Part shown: piece by piece, positions 57,121 through 64,000 of the stretch
Layout: the number at the start of each line of letters is the position of its first letter
Numbering within the stretch: position 1 is the stretch's first letter
Assembly (NCBI GenBank): GCA_963815835.1
Contig: CAWFIF010000001.1
Location: 2,372,311 to 2,436,310 of the forward strand
DNA from: an uncultured delta proteobacterium
GTDB taxonomy: Bacteria > Desulfobacterota > Binatia > Binatales > Binataceae
Length of the DNA: 64,000 nucleotides
Direction of reading: 5' to 3'
Position numbers and translations under genes: made by a program
Notes under the pieces: model-generated
Seen by the model: the letters and a program-made list of their open reading frames with translations, nothing else
Told to the model about the DNA's origin: nothing
Databases searched by the model: none

Positions 57121-58413
57121 ATGGATTCCAATCAGAAACTCACCGCCAGATTGTCGGCCGCCGTGCCGCGCGGAATTTCGATCGCCAGGCCGCTGTTCGC
57201 CGCGCGCGCGGAGAATTCGGAGCTGTGGGACGTCGAGGGCCGCCGCTACATCGATTTCGCCGGCGGCATCGCGGTGCAGAACATCGGGCATCGCCACCCT
57301 CGTGTCCTCGCGGCGGTGCGCGATCAACTCGAAGCCTTCACCCACACCTGCTTCCAGGTCACGCCGTACGAAGTTTATGTGCGGCTCGCCGAGAGGCTGA
57401 ATCGCCTCGCGCCCGGTCCGTCGCCGAAAAAGACCATCATCCTTTCGACCGGCGCCGAGGCGATCGAGAACGCGGTGAAAATTGCGCGCGCCGCGACCGG
57501 ACGCCCCGCGATCATTTCTTTCAGCGGCGCGTTCCACGGACGCACCATGATGGCGCTGGCCCTGACCGGCAAAACCAATCCATACAAAGTTGGATTCGGT
57601 CCATTCTCCGCCGAGGTGTTTCATGCGGCGTTTCCGGATGCGTATCGCGGCGTGTCAACCGAGGAGAGCGTCGCGAGCATCGAGCAAATCTTCCGCGCTG
57701 ATGTCGAAGCCTCGCGCGTCGCCGCGATCATCATTGAGCCAGTGCAGGGCGAAGGCGGTTTCAATGTCGCGCCGTTCCAATTCATGCGCGCGCTGCGAAG
57801 CTTGTGCGACCGGCACGGAATCCTTCTCATCGCCGATGAGATCCAGACCGGCTTCGGCCGCACCGGCAAGATGTTCGCGGTCGAACATTCCGGCGTAGTC
57901 CCCGATCTCATCGCGATCGCGAAAGCAATCGGTGGAGGATTTCCGATCTCGGCGGTAATTGGCCGCGCCGACGTGATGGACGCGCCCGCTCCTGGAGGCC
58001 TCGGCAGTACATTCGCCGGAAATGCGGTTTCGTGTGCGGCGGGACTCGCGGTGCTCGATGTGATGGAAGAAGAGGGCATCCTCGCGCGCGCACAGAAGCT
58101 TGGCGAGCAGGTGGCGGAGCGGCTCCGCGCGATGCAAGCCGACCCGCGTTTCGCCTGCATCGGCGACGTGCGCGGGCTCGGCGCGATGCTCGCGATGGAG
58201 TTCGTCAAGCATCGCGGGAGCAAGGAGCCGGCGCCGGAGCTCGCCAAAAGCATCACCGCGAAGGCCGCACAGCGAGGCCTCATCGTGCTAAGTTGCGGCA
58301 TCTACGCGAACGTAGTCAGGGTGCTGATGCCGCTTACCATGTCGCTCGAACTGGCTGACGAAGGACTCGGAATTCTGGAAGCATCGATGCTCGACGCAAT
58401 CTCGAAGCCCTAA
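57121..58413 (+). CDS. gabT: 4-aminobutyrate aminotransferase / class III PLP-dependent aminotransferase
   Basis: 430 aa. Class III aminotransferase motifs, with the catalytic Lys region [17 protein letters not shown]. Confidence 0.85.
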   Translation: MDSNQKLTARLSAAVPRGISIARPLFAARAENSELWDVEGRRYIDFAGGIAVQNIGHRHPRVLAAVRDQLEAFTHTCFQVTPYEVYVRLAERLNRLAPGPSPKKTIILSTGAEAIENAVKIARAATGRPAIISFSGAFHGRTMMALALTGKTNPYKVGFGPFSAEVFHAAFPDAYRGVSTEESVASIEQIFRADVEASRVAAIIIEPVQGEGGFNVAPFQFMRALRSLCDRHGILLIADEIQTGFGRTGKMFAVEHSGVVPDLIAIAKAIGGGFPISAVIGRADVMDAPAPGGLGSTFAGNAVSCAAGLAVLDVMEEEGILARAQKLGEQVAERLRAMQADPRFACIGDVRGLGAMLAMEFVKHRGSKEPAPELAKSITAKAAQRGLIVLSCGIYANVVRVLMPLTMSLELADEGLGILEASMLDAISKP

Positions 58414-58429
58414 CCTGCGAGGAACTCAT

Positions 58430-59416
<987 letters not shown>

Positions 59417-59618
59417 ACCGCGAAGACGTCATCGCACGCGGAGCGACCAACTGACGCACGGCCGAAAACGCGCGTGCCAAAAGTATCGGTAATTACGCCG
59501 GTCTACAACGGCGCTCGCACGATCGGGTTCTAGCGCGGAGCTTTCGCGATTTCGCAATGGTCATGGTGTCGCGGCGGAGCATATTGGAGCGCCGCGTTGG
59601 GGCTGATAATTTCCTCGC

Positions 59619-60506
59619 ATGAATCGCGCGCCGCGGCTGCCCGACTTCATCGCGGTGGGACCGCCCCGCACTGCGACGACCTGGCTTTATGAGGTGCTCA
59701 AAGGTCACGTCTGCCTGCCCGCAGATCGCAAAGAGACCGATTTTTTCACCCGCTTCTATGACCGGGGCATCGATTGGTATGCGGATTACTTTCGTCATTG
59801 CACGGGTGGGATGGCGGTCGGCGAGTTGAGCCCGCTGTATTTCGCAGCGCCGCAGGCTCGCGAACGAATCGCCAAACACCTTCCGGAATGCAAAATAATC
59901 TGCTCGTTTCGCGATCCGGTCGAGCGCGCATACTCGAATTACCGGCTGCTGCGGCGCAACGCTTTCACCAAGCTCGATTTTGAGCGCGCCGCGACCACGC
60001 GCGGCGATTTGCTCGAATCGAGCCGCTACGGAACTCATCTGGTAGATTGGTTCGACACCTTTGGGCGCGAGCGGGTGTTGGTTCTGATTTACGATGATTT
60101 AGAGTCGAGCCCGCAAGCTTTTCTCGATTCGGTATGTGACTTTATTGGAATAGCGCGGTTTCCGGTTGCGACATCGCGGGTGGGTGCGCAGCGCGTGCAT
60201 GCCGTCGACACGCAACCGCCGAATCCGCGACTTGCGAGGGTCGCGCGTGACATCGTCGCGTGGCTCTCCACGCGCCGGTACCATCGCGCGGCGAATATGG
60301 TGCGCCAAAACAGCATCATCAAGTATATGCTGGAAGGAGGCGATCCGTTTCCTCCGCTCGCTGCGGATGTGGCGGAACGGATGCAGGAGTACTATCGCCC
60401 CGAGGTCGAGAAACTGGAAAAGCTGATTGGACGCGATCTGTCAGCGTGGAAATCGCCCCGCGAGCGATTTCGATCGGACGGGACTTTCTTAGACGTGGGC
60501 AAGTAG
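59619..60506 (+). CDS. sulfotransferase-domain protein
   Basis: 5'-PSB-like GPPRTATTWL and 3'-PB-like FRDPVERAYSNY motifs. Confidence 0.7.
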   Translation: MNRAPRLPDFIAVGPPRTATTWLYEVLKGHVCLPADRKETDFFTRFYDRGIDWYADYFRHCTGGMAVGELSPLYFAAPQARERIAKHLPECKIICSFRDPVERAYSNYRLLRRNAFTKLDFERAATTRGDLLESSRYGTHLVDWFDTFGRERVLVLIYDDLESSPQAFLDSVCDFIGIARFPVATSRVGAQRVHAVDTQPPNPRLARVARDIVAWLSTRRYHRAANMVRQNSIIKYMLEGGDPFPPLAADVAERMQEYYRPEVEKLEKLIGRDLSAWKSPRERFRSDGTFLDVGK

Positions 60507-60624
60507 CGAGACGGCCTCAGCGCTCAGTGATGCATTACGGATTTCTGAAGTGCAGCGCGCCCGTCCGCCTCTCTCTTGGATTGCCGAACCGTCCTTTTCC
60601 GCCACTCGCTCCCCGGGCTGGTGT

Positions 60625-61821
60625 CTAGACGTTGCTCTTGCGCCAGCTCCGATAGCCACGCGACTCGGTCAAGCCGTAACGCGCGAGCATCCGATACACC
60701 GTGTACCGCGAGACGCCAAGCAGATCGGCGGCGCGATGACAATTGCCGTGGGTAGCATTGAGCGCACGGACTAGCGCGTCTTTGGAGGCTTCGCGAATCG
60801 CGGCATCGAGCGAAAACTTCGACTCTCCCGCAACTTCGGCATTGATCGCGGGCGCCGCAGCTGCGCTGGTTTCCGGGATCTCCACCGGGATCGCCGCGGT
60901 TGGCACTTCAGTAATCGGCACCGCCGACGCTTCGCGACCCTCGAGCACATTGCTCGGAAGCTCGTTCAATGTGATGGAGTCGCCATCAGCCATCAACACC
61001 GCGCTTTCGACTGCGTGGGCGAGCTCGCGCACGTTACCTGGCCATGAATAGGCGCACAATGCCTCGATCGCCTGGCGGGAAATGCGCCGGGTATCTTTGG
61101 CGAACAGGCGGCAATATTGTTCGATGAAATGGCCGACGAAGGCGGGAATCGCGTCGCGCCGGTCGCGCAGCGGTGGAATTATCAATGCCGCGGCGTTGAG
61201 GCGATAATACAAATCGTCGCGAAACTCGCCGCCCTTTACCATCGCGCGCAGGTCCCGATTAGTGGCCGCGACCAGCCGAATATCGACCTTGTAGCTATGC
61301 GAAGAGCCAACCGGTTGAACCTCGTGCATCTCGACGGCGCGCAGCAGCTTGGGCTGTAGCTTCAGCGGTAGCTCACCGATCTCGTCGAGAAACAGCGTGC
61401 CGCCGTTGGCGGAACGGAAGTACCCCAAGGAGTCCTCGCGCGCATCTGTAAAGGCGCCCTTCACATGACCGAACAGTTGCGATTCGGCCAGCGAGTCGAC
61501 CAGGTTGGAGCAGTTGAAGGTTACGAAAGGTCCGTTGGGAACCGCGCCCAAACTGTGCAGCGATCGGGCGACCAATTCCTTGCCGGTTCCCGATTCTCCC
61601 TGGATCAACACCGTCGCCTTGTGCGGGGCGAAGCGGATGATGCTGGCAAAAAGCCGCTTGAACTGCGCTGACCGAATCAGCATCCCGCCGACCCGCTCGG
61701 AGCCCTCAACCAGCCTCTCGATGCCTATCCACTCGTGGCCGGTGCCGAGTGATCCCGAATGGCGCACGTGTGCAACCGGCGACGTGGACGACTGCCCAAC
61801 CGTATCCTCGCTGAGACTCAT
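60625..61821 (-). CDS. sigma-54-dependent Fis-family transcriptional activator lacking a receiver domain (PspF-like); GAFTDA variant motif
   Basis: AAA+ core with GESGTGKE Walker A, GHVKGAFTDA in place of GAFTGA, and the arginine-finger region. C-terminal Fis-type HTH (LLGVSRYTVYRML). Confidence 0.85.
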   Translation of the reverse strand: MSLSEDTVGQSSTSPVAHVRHSGSLGTGHEWIGIERLVEGSERVGGMLIRSAQFKRLFASIIRFAPHKATVLIQGESGTGKELVARSLHSLGAVPNGPFVTFNCSNLVDSLAESQLFGHVKGAFTDAREDSLGYFRSANGGTLFLDEIGELPLKLQPKLLRAVEMHEVQPVGSSHSYKVDIRLVAATNRDLRAMVKGGEFRDDLYYRLNAAALIIPPLRDRRDAIPAFVGHFIEQYCRLFAKDTRRISRQAIEALCAYSWPGNVRELAHAVESAVLMADGDSITLNELPSNVLEGREASAVPITEVPTAAIPVEIPETSAAAAPAINAEVAGESKFSLDAAIREASKDALVRALNATHGNCHRAADLLGVSRYTVYRMLARYGLTESRGYRSWRKSNV

Positions 61822-62420
61822 GGTTCCCCCTCCCCAGGTGGCACCGTAACTACAATCGGTACAGAAAGTTTGCCTACAAGTTGTAGGTTTTTAACTTTGT
61901 ATGGTTTTTGCGACAGCATGTCAAGTAGGCACGTATCGCCTGTGACACACTCTTTTGCGCACTTTGCAGCAGGAAATTGCAAATCAGACTCCATACCCGC
62001 GCTCTCAAGCAAAAACGAGTGGCTCACGATGCTGTCTGAAACTCGATCAAGCTCGTATGACACGCGATCGCAACTCGCGCTACAACGCGGATTTGTCAGC
62101 GAATTCAACTGCAACACGAATCAACCCGAAACCACGGCAGGTGCCCGCTCAGAGACCGGAGTCCGGAGCACCGACCCTCTGCGGGGCCGTCAGTGCGCAC
62201 GTTGGACCAGATGCTGTGCCATGACGCTTGCCCACTTTTTGTATCAAAGTTGAGGGTTGCTACCGACATTGGGTCGCTTCCGGATCGTTTGGTACGCGGA
62301 CCGTCCCGTCTGGACAACGAATTCGGACTCCCGCTTGAGGGGGTGTACTCCAAGCGCGCGCCGACGCCTTGGCATGGCGGCAAGATGCTGGTTTACTGTC
62401 TGGTTCCCGCACTTCTCGAT

Positions 62421-62493
62421 GAGCCGGTAGCTCAGGCGGTAGAGCAGCGCACTTTTAATGCGCGGGTCGAGAGTTCGAGTCTCTCCCGGCTCA
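62421..62493 (+). tRNA. tRNA-Lys (anticodon UUU)
   Basis: Folded by hand. Acceptor stem GAGCCGG/CCGGCTC, D-arm GCTC...GAGC, anticodon stem GCGCA/TGCGC with loop CTTTTAA, and T-arm GAGAG-TTCGAGT-CTCTC. CCA is not encoded. Confidence 0.9.
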
Positions 62494-62596
62494 CTCATCA
62501 AGTCGCATGGCTAGTCTTCCGGCGGGCGCCCGCAGCGCCGCCCCGTTGATGCGGCGTTCGTATTCTGCAACAAAGATTTGAAGCGGTTAGGGAGCA

Positions 62597-64000
<1,404 letters not shown>

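Noticed and set aside
59417-59618. GCACGGCCGAAAACGCGCGTGCC hairpin after the aldo-keto reductase gene as a terminator
   Set aside because: The stem is followed by an A-run, not a T-run, on the coding strand, so it is not a convincing intrinsic terminator for the + strand gene.

Overview
This is a high-GC (roughly 65%) bacterial chromosomal segment with dense coding on both strands, a few short AT-richer intergenic or island-like stretches, and no rRNA or CRISPR. The combination of many FtsX/MacB-type permease paralogs, squalene-hopene cyclase, sigma-54 regulators and an alpha-2-macroglobulin/PBP1C pair suggests an Acidobacteria-like soil bacterium; that assignment is inference only.

Main contents:
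- **Left end to ~10 kb:** DNA-3-methyladenine glycosylase, two FtsX-like permeases, and a sigma-54 two-component system. Further along are a DedA protein, a PCYCGC-motif protein, an NrtR-like regulator next to nadA, and an acyl-CoA dehydrogenase.
- **13.2-17.8 kb:** a MacA/MacB-like efflux operon (HlyD adaptor, two FtsX permeases, one ABC ATPase), studded with a novel family of 22-bp palindromic REP-like repeats that occur about 10 times in the window, mostly in convergent pairs.
- **17.9-19.7 kb:** a PadR regulator, a RelE/HigB-HigA toxin-antitoxin cassette flanked by ~127-bp direct repeats, and a fifth permease divergent from a TetR regulator with palindromic operators.
- **22-24.6 kb:** a Rieske oxygenase and a frameshifted cytochrome P450.
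- **24.7-28.3 kb:** an ArsR-SRPBCC-BNR propeller-MoaD-like (GG)-GST block and an MntA-HepT pair with the HepT reading frame broken.
- **28.4-29.6 kb:** a low-GC islet encoding a Cys-rich secreted protein.
- **29.6-32.2 kb:** an LLM monooxygenase, a MaoC dehydratase and a CitE-like CoA-ester lyase.
- **32.2-32.8 kb:** a ~0.5-kb AT-richer non-coding stretch of degenerate direct repeats.
- **32.8-35.5 kb:** a CrtZ-like hydroxylase, a carotenoid cleavage oxygenase and a second PadR.
- **35.8-39.9 kb:** HtrA, a geranylgeranyl-reductase-like flavoprotein and a periplasmic binding protein.
- **~39.9-41.5 kb:** an IS110-family element inserted next to a frameshifted family-III CoA-transferase.
- **43.9-48.6 kb:** Crp/Fnr, UspA, an MBL hydrolase and squalene-hopene cyclase.
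- **49-57 kb:** a 1945-aa thioester-containing alpha-2-macroglobulin co-operonic with PBP1C.
- **57-64 kb:** GabT, an aldo-keto reductase, a sulfotransferase, a PspF-like sigma-54 activator with a GAFTDA variant motif, tRNA-Lys(UUU), and the 5' part of a methylcrotonyl-CoA carboxylase beta subunit running off the window.

Three genes (P450, HepT, CoA-transferase) each carry a single +1/-1 frameshift. This could be real pseudogenisation or indel errors in the assembly.
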